From: an uncultured Gammaproteobacteria bacterium
Lineage (GTDB): Bacteria > Patescibacteriota > Patescibacteriia > UBA11705 > DATKZF01
Direction of reading: 5' to 3'
Assembly: GCA_964411255.1 (NCBI GenBank)
Contig: CAYPKD010000004.1
Coordinates: 178,147 to 205,702, forward strand
DNA: 27,556 nt
A model generated the notes under the pieces. The model did not search any database and was not told the origin of the DNA. It was given only the letters and a program-made list of their open reading frames with translations. Positions 15,318 through 24,171 of the stretch are shown here, one piece after another. Every line of letters begins with the position of its first letter. Within the stretch, counting starts at the first letter, position 1. The translations under genes were made by a program, and so were the position numbers.

Positions 15318-15404
15318 ACTATTTAGGTTAATAATAAGTAAATAAACTTTACCATAAATACGTTAAAAAATAAAGTCCCACCAACGATGCTAACGGTTTA
15401 TATC

Positions 15405-15745
15405 TTGCCAGTTTCTCGCGAGAAACTGGACGAGTTCTGTAGTTTTTTATCAACGCTTCTACTGGTTTATAGCATCGGGGTCTGGGGGGCTCATTGCCCA
15501 TGGTAAGATATAAAAACGTAATTATCGCTTCGCATTTGAGCCCCCCAGAGCTTTTTGCTTACTTTTTGGTTACAAAAAGTAAGTCGGCGCCTGCCCTGAG
15601 CGAAGTCGAAGGGTAAGCCGAAATTGGAAAGAGTTATCGCAATCCCAAAAAAGCTGCGTTATAAAACAAGGTAAACAGCTGTCAGCCAAAATCTCAGTGA
15701 ATAATAGCACATCCCAGCTGACGCCGGATTTTTTTCTTTAAATCA
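15405..15745. ncRNA. Candidate structured non-coding RNA or long structured leader. It has several long perfect stems and I could not assign it to a known family.
   Basis: Stem S0 is CCAGTTTCTCG/CGAGAAACTGG (15409-15430, 11 bp). Stem S1 is TCTGGGGGGCTCA at 15481-15493 paired with TGAGCCCCCCAGA at 15537-15549 (13 bp, enclosing 43 nt). Stem S2 is CTTACTTTTT-GGTTAC-AAAAAGTAAG (15558-15583, 10 bp). Local GC is elevated and there is no ORF longer than 40 aa. I did not recognise the conserved tmRNA, RNase P, SRP or 6S blocks. Confidence 0.3.
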
Positions 15746-15773
15746 AAAAAGACGCTTTCAAAGCGCCTTTTTA
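15744..15773. terminator. Bidirectional intrinsic terminator (A-run, hairpin, T-run) downstream of the DsbA-like gene and at the end of the structured region
   Basis: The sequence is CAAAAAA-GACGCTTTCAAAGCGCC-TTTTT, with a 5-7-bp stem. Confidence 0.55.
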
Positions 15774-15788
15774 TATATAAAATAATTT

Positions 15789-16493
15789 TTATTTATCCAA
15801 TGCTGCATCAATTTCACTCTTAAATTGTTCATATGGCAATGCACCACTAAGTAACTTCCCGTTTATAAATGTTCCTGGCGTACCGCTGATCCCTGCTTTT
15901 TGAGCTCCAAGCATATCATTTGCAATTTTTTGAGCCATATCACCGTTATCTAAACAACTATTGAATTCACCTGTGTTTAAGCCCAAACCAGCTGCTGCTT
16001 TTTTAAATTCATCATTGCCTAAACCACCGCCTTCATTTAAGTCGAAAAGTTTATCATGCATTTCCCAGAACTTACCCTGCAAACCTGCACATTCAGCTGC
16101 TTCAGCAGCTTTTTGCGCATTTTCATGAAATGACAATGGGAAATTTCTGAAAACAATTGCCACCTTATCTCCGTACTCTTTAGCTATCTGCTGCATTGTG
16201 GCTGTATGTCTAAAACAATATGGGCATTCATAATCAGAATATTCAATAATTTGAACTTTTGCATTTTTACTTCCTTTCACATATTCACTATCACTAATTG
16301 ACTGAACTGGCTCTGCCTGAGGCTGTTCTGGCTGCTCAGCCTGTTGTTGTGGCTGCGCCTGGACTTTTTCAGCCAAATTAACTGATTCACTTTGGCCTAG
16401 AACAAATACTAATAGCCCAATAAAACATAAAACGCTGACTACAGCTAAGCCAACGAAAAAGCCGAGCCAAAAGTTTGATTTATTTTTTTCCAT
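15789..16493 (-). CDS. Membrane-anchored DsbA-family thiol:disulfide oxidoreductase (thioredoxin fold, CPYC active site)
   Basis: It has an N-terminal TM helix, a Gln/Pro/Glu-rich linker (QAQPQQQAEQPEQPQAEP), then YECPYCFRH and the usual DsbA helical insertion. Confidence 0.8.
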   Translation of the reverse strand: MEKNKSNFWLGFFVGLAVVSVLCFIGLLVFVLGQSESVNLAEKVQAQPQQQAEQPEQPQAEPVQSISDSEYVKGSKNAKVQIIEYSDYECPYCFRHTATMQQIAKEYGDKVAIVFRNFPLSFHENAQKAAEAAECAGLQGKFWEMHDKLFDLNEGGGLGNDEFKKAAAGLGLNTGEFNSCLDNGDMAQKIANDMLGAQKAGISGTPGTFINGKLLSGALPYEQFKSEIDAALDK

Positions 16494-16628
16494 AAATTAT
16501 TAAGTTAATTATCAATGAATATATGTTAGCAAAAAATACATTACTTGACAAGTTATTCATGATCATTGGTTTTTGGTTTTAGCTGCCAGTATAGTATGCC
16601 TGTCTAAACCGGCTGCCAGGCCCAATAC

Positions 16629-18128
16629 CTAATGACCAATTTTAAATATCTCAACTTTATTTGTTGCCATTACACCAAGCTTTATCCGATCATCAGATGA
16701 AGCATAAAGAGTAAATAATTTCTCACCTTTCTTTATCCTTTGACCAAAAAACGCATGCAAATGAACTCCCGCAAGCTTATCGCTTGGCGCACCAAGGTTC
16801 ATGCAAATTTCTTTAATTGCCTTGTTGTCAACAAAATTAATTTTACCCGTTTTTTTAGCATGAATTTCATATCTTTTAGCGCCAGAAGTGAAATCTTCTG
16901 AATGCTGGTCAGCTTTTCCGCCTTGCGCGATTACAATTTCATTCATTTTATCCCAGGCAGCGCCTGAAGTTAATTGCCGCATGGCAATTTTTCTGCCCTG
17001 ACCTTTTTTTGCAAACCCTTTTAATTCTAATAATTCACCTGCTAGTTTTACTGATTTTCTTTCTAAATCAAGCGGACGAAGCTCATGCCTTTGCAAAACT
17101 CTGAATACATCCCGAGCTTCCAGCGCTGGGCCAATTCCTCTGCCCAGCGGCTCTACGGCCTTTGTTTTCACTGCTTTTACCTTCATACCAAACCTTTTTC
17201 CCAAAGCAATGAATTTCTTCTCGATCATATTTGCTTTTGCCATATCAGGCACTTTGGTTGTCGGTCCGACCGGAATGTCAATAATTAAATAATCAACACC
17301 GGTCGCCACTTTTTTAGCTAAAATACTAACAATCATTTTATCATACGGCTCAAGAGCCAATGGTTTTGAAACTTTTATAATCTTATCATCAGCTGGAGCA
17401 AGGCTTAGTCCCCCGCCCCAAACCAGACAGCCATGTGTCTTTTTTACAATTTTTTTAATCTCATCCATTGAAAATGATACTGGGCAAATTACTTCCATTG
17501 TGTCTGCTGTACCTGCCGGAGATGTAATTGCTCTGGATGAAGTCTTTGGGATATATAGCCCGAGCGAAGCGATAATTGGAATAATTAACGGCGTAATTCT
17601 ATTACCTGACAGGCCGCCGACTGAATGCTTATCTACAGCTTTAACATTCAGGTTCATTTTCTCACCAGTTTCAGCCATTGCTTTTGCCACGTAATAGAGC
17701 TCGTCAAGCGAATAATCTTTTACAAAACTGGAGGCAGCATAATAAGTGGTTTCAACCGAACCTAGCACTCCGTCAACAATATCTTTAATAACCGCATAAA
17801 TTTCTTTGTATGTTACTGGTTTTCCCATTAACTTTTTATTTATTGTCTGAATAGAAAGTGGCCGGCTCATAATGCTGGCTTCAACAATATCGCCTGATTC
17901 TACTTGCACTTTTTTCCATACTTCCTTGAACAAGCCTAATTCTCCAGGTCGAACCTTTGTATTTGTCGTATCAGCGGTAACGATCGCTTTTTTATTTTTA
18001 CTCCAAATCAAATTCAACCTGTCTCCAGGATAAATTCCATAGCTTTCCGCTTCATCTTCATTTAAAACAGCGATCATTTTATCGCCTGTTGAAAAATCCA
18101 ATTTTTTGCATTTTAAATAAAACGCCAT
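16629..18128 (-). CDS. AMP phosphorylase (thymidine-phosphorylase family II enzyme with an N-terminal extension)
   Basis: At 499 aa it is longer than a classical TP. It has glycosyltransferase-family-3 core motifs (SVGGLSGNRITP, TSSRAITSPAGTADT) and a C-terminal alpha/beta domain, and it sits next to RuBisCO and the R15P isomerase. Confidence 0.8.
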   Translation of the reverse strand: MAFYLKCKKLDFSTGDKMIAVLNEDEAESYGIYPGDRLNLIWSKNKKAIVTADTTNTKVRPGELGLFKEVWKKVQVESGDIVEASIMSRPLSIQTINKKLMGKPVTYKEIYAVIKDIVDGVLGSVETTYYAASSFVKDYSLDELYYVAKAMAETGEKMNLNVKAVDKHSVGGLSGNRITPLIIPIIASLGLYIPKTSSRAITSPAGTADTMEVICPVSFSMDEIKKIVKKTHGCLVWGGGLSLAPADDKIIKVSKPLALEPYDKMIVSILAKKVATGVDYLIIDIPVGPTTKVPDMAKANMIEKKFIALGKRFGMKVKAVKTKAVEPLGRGIGPALEARDVFRVLQRHELRPLDLERKSVKLAGELLELKGFAKKGQGRKIAMRQLTSGAAWDKMNEIVIAQGGKADQHSEDFTSGAKRYEIHAKKTGKINFVDNKAIKEICMNLGAPSDKLAGVHLHAFFGQRIKKGEKLFTLYASSDDRIKLGVMATNKVEIFKIGH

Positions 18129-18140
18129 ATAGTATTTATA

Positions 18141-19406
18141 TTATTTTTTCCAAAACTGTAAAGCCCTTGCCAATTCTTCATGATCTTCTGAATATTCTTT
18201 TAATTTTACTCCACGCTCAATGGCTTGCACTGCCTGGCGGCAAGCCCTGGCGCCGGCAACTGAACCGTCTGGATGGCCGTGAATACCAGCGCCAAAATTG
18301 GCGATTAGATTTATTCCGAGTATTTCAACCAATTTAGGCAAAAGCCCTGGATGCAAACCACCAGAAGCAATTGGCAAAACCGGTTTAATTTTACTCCAAT
18401 CCTCTTTGACAATATTGTGGCTTTTCCAGTCTTCCTTCATCAATTGATTTACTGTTAAAACATCTTCCCGATCGCCCTCCATTTTACCAACTACTGTTCC
18501 AGTATGCAATTGGTCAACTCCGGCCAGTCTGGCTAATTTTGCAATAACCAGCATACTCATCCCATGTTTTTTATTTCTGGTAAATAATGCGTGTCCTGCC
18601 CGGTGGCCATGAATTATTAATCCTAAATTTTTCTTTCGTAAATATTGTACATTATCTAAACCAGTTGAAACGATATCAACCATCACGCATTTTCCACCCA
18701 ATTTTTTCACTAATTTTGCCCGTTCAAGCATTTGTTCAGGCGGTGCAGTAATATTACAGGCATATACTTTTTTCTGTTTTGTTTCTTTTTCAACTTTTTT
18801 CTTCCAATACAAAACCTTTTTCACTCTGTCTGCAAAACGGTTAAAGCTCATGTTAGTTAAATTCTCATCGTCTTTAACCAAATCAATGCCATTCAGCCAT
18901 ACAGCAGCTGACAATTTTGCCTGCTGGGCCGCAGTTAAACCTACTTTTGGTTTTATAATACTTCCTAAAATCACTCTGCCTTTTATTTTTAAAATCTTTC
19001 GGATGCCGTCAATGCCAAATGCCGGCCCCTTAAAACTGGCGCTGTATTTCACTGGAAATTCAATATCTTCCCATCTTAAATTTTTTATTAACTTCATACC
19101 GTAAATATTGCCTCCAATGCTTGATAAAAGTTGAGGAATACTGCCCCTTTCAAATAAATCTAAAGGATAAGCAACTTTTATTATCTTTTTCTTTTCATTT
19201 GCAAAAAAGACTCTGGCCTTTAATTTTTCTGCTAATTTGGGGTTCAGTGTCTGTAATTCTGTCCATGATCCAATAGAACTCTCCCCAGCAACTGCATCAG
19301 CTGCTTCCTGAAAGCTGACTCCTCTTGGCTCAACATAAAAAGTAGCGATAATTTCCTTATCCTTTTTTGGCTTGTATCCAATTTCAACAAATTTTACTAC
19401 TGACAT
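18141..19406 (-). CDS. rbcL: RuBisCO large subunit, short form II/III-like (421 aa)
   Basis: The motifs GIDLVKDDENL (GxDFxKDDE), IIKPKVGL (KPKLGL), IHGHRAGHA (HxHRAxH) and ASGGLHPG are present. No small subunit is present. Confidence 0.85.
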   Translation of the reverse strand: MSVVKFVEIGYKPKKDKEIIATFYVEPRGVSFQEAADAVAGESSIGSWTELQTLNPKLAEKLKARVFFANEKKKIIKVAYPLDLFERGSIPQLLSSIGGNIYGMKLIKNLRWEDIEFPVKYSASFKGPAFGIDGIRKILKIKGRVILGSIIKPKVGLTAAQQAKLSAAVWLNGIDLVKDDENLTNMSFNRFADRVKKVLYWKKKVEKETKQKKVYACNITAPPEQMLERAKLVKKLGGKCVMVDIVSTGLDNVQYLRKKNLGLIIHGHRAGHALFTRNKKHGMSMLVIAKLARLAGVDQLHTGTVVGKMEGDREDVLTVNQLMKEDWKSHNIVKEDWSKIKPVLPIASGGLHPGLLPKLVEILGINLIANFGAGIHGHPDGSVAGARACRQAVQAIERGVKLKEYSEDHEELARALQFWKK

Positions 19407-19410
19407 AACA

Positions 19411-19502
19411 TTGATAGTTACGAAGTTATGATGTTATGAAGTTACGTTGTTATTTAAAATATATATAACGTCGTAACTTAGTAACCTCGTAACATCATAA
19501 CG
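19411..19502. repeat. Imperfect palindrome of about 90 bp built from heptamer units (AGTTAYG on the left, CGTAACT-type on the right) around an AT-rich centre, lying between the HAD-like gene stop and the RuBisCO start
   Basis: The sequence is TTGATAGTTACGAAGTTATGATGTTATGAAGTTACGTTGTTAT-TTAAAATATATAT-AACGTCGTAACTTAGTAACCTCGTAACATCATAACG. Confidence 0.6.
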
Positions 19503-19914
19503 ATTTTATTAGTTTTACAATTTTTTCAATATCATCTAAGGCGAAGTCAACTTCATCTGTTTCATTATTTTTACTAAACAAAACTGTTTTAATTCCTACT
19601 TGTTTTGCTGGAAGCAAATTGCTAATAAGATCATCAATCATTAAACATTCTTCTGGTTTTATATTCAAATCATTTATAAATTTTTGATATGTATTTGCAT
19701 CTGTTTTACTTTGGCCTGATTCAGCGCAGGCAATGATAGGATCAAGCCCTAACTGATTTCCAATCTCTTTCACTGTGTTTGGAGATAAATTACTAATGGT
19801 TGCATTAATAATCCCTTTTGCTTTTAACTGTTCAACAATATCCTTGGCTTTAGGGTCAATCTGGCCATTTTTATAAACCACGCCATATAAATCCCAAATA
19901 ATTGCTTTAATCAT
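19495..19914 (-). CDS. Small HAD-like hydrolase domain protein (139 aa; a possible phosphatase)
   Basis: IIWDLYGVV sits at the motif-I position (DxDGx-like, with the second Asp replaced), and MIDDLISNL sits at the motif-IV position. It is short for a HAD enzyme, so the assignment is tentative. Confidence 0.45.
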   Translation of the reverse strand: MIKAIIWDLYGVVYKNGQIDPKAKDIVEQLKAKGIINATISNLSPNTVKEIGNQLGLDPIIACAESGQSKTDANTYQKFINDLNIKPEECLMIDDLISNLLPAKQVGIKTVLFSKNNETDEVDFALDDIEKIVKLIKSL

Positions 19915-20851
19915 ATTTTTTTTTCAAAAACTTATACTTCTTTGTCGTTTTCTTTGAAATATATTTTGGTTTTAATATTCCCAATTCTGTAATAAAACCT
20001 GTGATAAACCTGGCAGGAATAATATCAAATGCATAATTTATAATTTCCAATCCCTTTGGCGCTCTGGACCAAATTTCATTTGCTTTTCTTTGTTCAATTT
20101 CTAAATTTTTCAAATGTTTAGTTTCAATATCAAGCTTTAATGCCTGAGTTGCTATATATACTGGAATTTTTGCTTCACGCGCTGCTAAGGCCAGGCCTAA
20201 AGATCCTATCTTATTAACTGCATCACCGTCCAAAGTAATTGCATCACAGCCTAAAATTAATAAATCCATATCATATCCTTTGCTATACTGGCTGACAAAA
20301 AACGGACCTGCGCTGTCAACCACTTGGGTATTTTTAATATTCATTTTTAATAATTCTTTTGAAGTCGTTCTGCCCTGAAATAATGGCCTGGTTTCATTAT
20401 TAAAAACATGGATTTTTTTTCTTTTCTTTTTGGCCGCTTCTAATATACTTATTGCGGTAGAGGAATGACAATGAGTAAAGATATTATCATTATTACTAAT
20501 CAATTTCTCACCATAATCTTTAATAATTCTTTTATTTGTCATTATTTCAAATAAAAAACTGTCAATTCCTCTTTTTATTAAAACTCTTAACTTTTTTATA
20601 TCTAAATCCTGATTTTTATCTAAATGATATGAAACAAATCGTACAGCATTTTCTGCCATTGGCTCTGTTTCTCTGGCCCTGCTCAAGTAATATCCAATTT
20701 TTTTCACTCTGCTGATTAATTGACGGGGAGTTTTCAGCCTTTTCTCCTGAGAAACTTTTTTTAAGGTATTTAAAACAGCTTCAGCTATATTGGTTGCCCC
20801 CTGAATTTCAATGTTAACGATTTTTTTATAAATTTGGTCGATGTAATTCAT
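19907..20851 (-). CDS. Ribose-1,5-bisphosphate isomerase (eIF-2B alpha/beta/delta-like e2b2 family)
   Basis: An e2b2/MtnA-fold signature (GATNIAEAVL ... ILGCDAITLDGDAVNKIGS) is present. Its stop overlaps the HAD-like start by 8 nt. Confidence 0.75.
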   Translation of the reverse strand: MNYIDQIYKKIVNIEIQGATNIAEAVLNTLKKVSQEKRLKTPRQLISRVKKIGYYLSRARETEPMAENAVRFVSYHLDKNQDLDIKKLRVLIKRGIDSFLFEIMTNKRIIKDYGEKLISNNDNIFTHCHSSTAISILEAAKKKRKKIHVFNNETRPLFQGRTTSKELLKMNIKNTQVVDSAGPFFVSQYSKGYDMDLLILGCDAITLDGDAVNKIGSLGLALAAREAKIPVYIATQALKLDIETKHLKNLEIEQRKANEIWSRAPKGLEIINYAFDIIPARFITGFITELGILKPKYISKKTTKKYKFLKKKYD

Positions 20852-20901
20852 AAAACTGAAAACAAAATATACATATTTTATAATTTTTACCTACTTTTAT
20901 A

Positions 20902-22326
20902 TTATAAATAAAATTCTTCTCCCATTTTTGGCACTTCAACTTTGCCAGTAAACTTATTAATATTATACAAATTATCTCTCATCACTAGACTTTCAGTTTC
21001 TTCCCCATGCACACAAAATACTTTTCTCAGGCCTTTCAAATTTCGCGCGAATTCTAAAAGTTCAGGCTTGTCAGCATGGGCGGAAAAAGAATTTAGCACA
21101 ACAACATCAGCTCTAACCGCATATTTTTGCCCAAAAATAGTCACATTTCTTTCTTTTTCCACAATTGCTCTGCCTAAAGTTCCACGCGCCATATACCCAA
21201 TTACCAGAATCAAATTCTTTGGATTTGAAATATTAAACTTCAAATGATGCTGAATTCGCCCAGCCTGGCACATACCAGAAGCTGAAATAATAATACAAGA
21301 TTTTTTATACGAATTTAATTTCTGTGATTCTTTTCTGCTTATAATATAATGCAAACCTTCAAAATAAAACGGGCTTTGCCTTTTTTTTAAAAATTCTACA
21401 GCAGCTTCCTTGTCATATGCTTCTGGATGTCTGACAAAAACTTTTGAAATTCGAGTGGATAACGGGCTATCTACAAATATTTCAATTTTTGGAATTTTCT
21501 TTTGTTCATACAATGAATGCAAAATATAAACCACTTCCTGTGTTCTTTCCAGAGAAAATCCTGGCACAATAATTTTACCGCCTCTGTTTACAACGTCATT
21601 AATAATCCATTTTAACTCTTGCTTGGCCTGACCGATTGATTCATGCAAATGGCTGGCATAAGTGGTCTCAGTAATTAACACATCTGCTCGATCAACTTTT
21701 GCCGGATCATTTAGAATTGGCATTCCGCGCCGGCCTAAATCTCCAGTAAAGACCACTCTTAGCTCCTTGCTGCCTTCTTTCATATCTGCAATGATCATTG
21801 CTGAGCCTAAAACGTGCCCAGCTTCTACTAATCTTGCTTTGCAGCCTGGAATAACCTGAAATTCAGTATTATAACGATGAGTTGTCATTAATTTCAAAGT
21901 TCTTCGAACGTCATCTTCATCATATAATGGCTCAACCTTTTTTTTCTGATGTTTCCAAATATGTTCAGCATCCTGCTTTTGTATTTTAGCAGAATCTAAA
22001 AGTAAAAGTTCAAGCAGCTCTTTAGTTATTTGCGTACAATGAATAGCGCCTTTAAAACCGCTGCGAACAAGACGAGGAATATTTCCAGCATGGTCAATGT
22101 GAGCATGACTTAAAACCATAGCTTTCACTTCTCTTGGATCAAATAAAAAACTGCGATTCTTCTTTTCTGCTTCCCCCCTTTTTCCTCCTTGAAAAAGTCC
22201 GTAATCAAATAGAATCTTTTTGCCATTTATTTCAAATAAATGCCGTGAGCCAGTCACTTCCCGGCTAGCGCCGCATGGTTTGTAAAGCATTTTTTTGTTT
22301 TTATTTCTTACTTTATTATAACACAA
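20902..22326 (-). CDS. Metallo-beta-lactamase / beta-CASP family ribonuclease (CPSF-/RNase J-like, with an RMMBL C-terminal motif)
   Basis: It has the HxHxDH motif LSHAHIDHAGNIP, a beta-CASP region, and the C-terminal GHADKPELLEF...VHGEE motif. Confidence 0.75.
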   Translation of the reverse strand: MCYNKVRNKNKKMLYKPCGASREVTGSRHLFEINGKKILFDYGLFQGGKRGEAEKKNRSFLFDPREVKAMVLSHAHIDHAGNIPRLVRSGFKGAIHCTQITKELLELLLLDSAKIQKQDAEHIWKHQKKKVEPLYDEDDVRRTLKLMTTHRYNTEFQVIPGCKARLVEAGHVLGSAMIIADMKEGSKELRVVFTGDLGRRGMPILNDPAKVDRADVLITETTYASHLHESIGQAKQELKWIINDVVNRGGKIIVPGFSLERTQEVVYILHSLYEQKKIPKIEIFVDSPLSTRISKVFVRHPEAYDKEAAVEFLKKRQSPFYFEGLHYIISRKESQKLNSYKKSCIIISASGMCQAGRIQHHLKFNISNPKNLILVIGYMARGTLGRAIVEKERNVTIFGQKYAVRADVVVLNSFSAHADKPELLEFARNLKGLRKVFCVHGEETESLVMRDNLYNINKFTGKVEVPKMGEEFYL

Positions 22327-22352
22327 TTTTAATTAGCAGTCGTGTTGATATT

Positions 22353-23795
22353 TTAGTTAAAATAACACAAAATTCCCTGAACAGAATGCCAAATATTTGT
22401 ATAAATTGCTAAAAGCAGCAGCAAAACTATAAAAATCAGTAATGGCCAGGATACTTTGCCTTTTGTAAATTCAACATGCTTTTTTTGAGCTAAAATTCCT
22501 TTTTGCTCTGCATTTAGGCCATTCAATGCTGCTAAAATTATGAAAAATAATATTAAACTGATTGAAAAATCAAAATTAAAGTTCATCCAGATAAAATATG
22601 CTGCTAAACTTGAAAATATTGCTAAAATTTCAATACTTTTATTTTTTAATCCCTGCCAGATTAAATGTAAAATTTTAACCCATATAAACAAATAAATTAT
22701 TAAGCCAATAAAACCAGTGTTTATAAGTACATCTAAAAACACATTATGCACCCGGTCAGAAATTCGGTCATCAATTGCCATTTCCTGCTCAGAAATTTGC
22801 CTTTCCGTGGACAAATACATGTAAGTTTCAGGGCCATAACCTAAAATCGGCCTTTGCAGGATTTTTGACCAGGCAAATTTATAATCCTGCATTCGAGTAT
22901 AGCCTGTACTCTGGCTAAATCCTTCGCTTGTTCTGGTTTTTATCAGTCCTTTATAAAAACCAACAACAATAACTATCAATACTACAAAAATTATTAAATG
23001 TTTATAATATTCTTTTTTCTTTGGAAAAAATATTATCAAGCAAATAATAAAAACAAGCATTGAGCCTGCAAATGCCAGCCAGGCGCTTCTGGTTAAAGTT
23101 AAAATTAAAGAAACAACCTGTAAAATAATTATGAAAAAAAACAGCACTTGCCAAACATTTTTTTTGCTTTTCCAGGCTAATAAAAATGTAAAAATTATTA
23201 TCATTGATAAAAACAAGCCTAAATAATTTGGATGGCCTAAAGTAGAAAATGATCGGCTAAAAACTTTATCAGCTGAAGCATAAAATGTATGCAAAGTTGG
23301 AAAATCAATTCCAAAGCTTTGCAAAATCGCATAGAGACAAACTGGTACTGACACAAAAGCTAAAATCTTTATTATTTTATAAAATTTGCTTTTTGAAATT
23401 AAATCCTTAATTAAAAAAAATAATAAAATTCCATGGCCGATTGTGAATAACCCCATCAATCTGTCATCCAGCCCTAATATACTTTCTGAAAAATGAGTGG
23501 AAAAGAACGAAGCTAATGAATACACCAGTACATATAAAATTAATAAAAATTCTAAGGAAAAAAAATTGTATTTTTTTAGTTCATTATAAATTTTAACTAA
23601 AACCTGTTTTAAATTTTTACATCTTACCAGCCAAATTATAAAAATTATTTCCACGAAAAAACGAAAAATTGTAATACTGTCAAGTTCATAGGGCATGCAT
23701 GACCATAAATTAAAAAACAGCGGCGTAATAATTAATATTGCCAATAAGATTTTAAAAGCAAGGTATTCAAATGTTTGACTGCAAATACTTTTCAT
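22353..23795 (-). CDS. O-antigen ligase / Wzy_C-like polytopic membrane protein (possible O-oligosaccharyltransferase or polymerase)
   Basis: It has about 10 TM helices and a periplasmic-loop signature LTRSAWLAFAGSMLVF (the R...SxxA pattern of WaaL/PglL/Wzy_C). Confidence 0.55.
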   Translation of the reverse strand: MKSICSQTFEYLAFKILLAILIITPLFFNLWSCMPYELDSITIFRFFVEIIFIIWLVRCKNLKQVLVKIYNELKKYNFFSLEFLLILYVLVYSLASFFSTHFSESILGLDDRLMGLFTIGHGILLFFLIKDLISKSKFYKIIKILAFVSVPVCLYAILQSFGIDFPTLHTFYASADKVFSRSFSTLGHPNYLGLFLSMIIIFTFLLAWKSKKNVWQVLFFFIIILQVVSLILTLTRSAWLAFAGSMLVFIICLIIFFPKKKEYYKHLIIFVVLIVIVVGFYKGLIKTRTSEGFSQSTGYTRMQDYKFAWSKILQRPILGYGPETYMYLSTERQISEQEMAIDDRISDRVHNVFLDVLINTGFIGLIIYLFIWVKILHLIWQGLKNKSIEILAIFSSLAAYFIWMNFNFDFSISLILFFIILAALNGLNAEQKGILAQKKHVEFTKGKVSWPLLIFIVLLLLLAIYTNIWHSVQGILCYFN

Positions 23796-23863
23796 AATTA
23801 CAACAAAAGCTTAACAGCCTTGCTTTTTCTGGCTATCAAGCTTTTTTTGAAAATTTATCAATA

Positions 23864-24136
23864 CTATTTCAAGTCTATACCTTCCCGTAATTCCAAATCT
23901 GCAGGGCCTGGCTTTACATTAGCCGGCAATTCTGGAATTTCCTTTTGTTTCAGCGGCGGATATGTCCGAATTTGCTTTTTCGGTATGGTCTTGAAGATAA
24001 AAGGATAGCCAAAGCCATAGCCTTTGCTTCTACCCACTGCGCTTAAAATACCAAAAGCCGCTGCTGCCACAGCTACAATAGCCACTGCAGTTACAACCTT
24101 TTGCTTAGTCGTAGTTTGAGTCTTTACATTTGCCAT
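23864..24136 (-). CDS. Small single-TM protein, paralog P2 (90 aa), with an Ala-rich TM helix and a Pro-rich C-terminal tail
   Basis: MANVKTQTTTKQKVVTAVAIVAVAAAAFGILSAVGRSKGYGFGYPF is 80% identical to P1 over the N-terminus and TM helix. The tail is divergent and Pro-rich. Confidence 0.6.
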   Translation of the reverse strand: MANVKTQTTTKQKVVTAVAIVAVAAAAFGILSAVGRSKGYGFGYPFIFKTIPKKQIRTYPPLKQKEIPELPANVKPGPADLELREGIDLK

Positions 24137-24171
24137 AATATTTGAATTTAATGTTAAATCTTGTATAAAAT

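Noticed and set aside
15318-15788. tmRNA, RNase P RNA, SRP RNA or 6S RNA identity for the structured interval
   Set aside because: I could not find the tRNA-like T-arm and tag reading frame of tmRNA, the GGAAAGUCCGG and AGGGUGAAA blocks of RNase P, or the SRP domain-IV motif. It is kept only as an unassigned structured RNA candidate. A 39-codon ATG ORF at 15395-15514 lacks an SD and overlaps the stems.
16494-16628. + strand TTGACA at 16545 and a possible small RNA or terminator in the GC-richer spacer, with GCTGCCAG direct repeats
   Set aside because: There is no acceptable -10 at the right spacing, and the repeats are direct and not inverted, so there is no convincing hairpin. It is more likely just the promoter region of the minus-strand DsbA-like gene.
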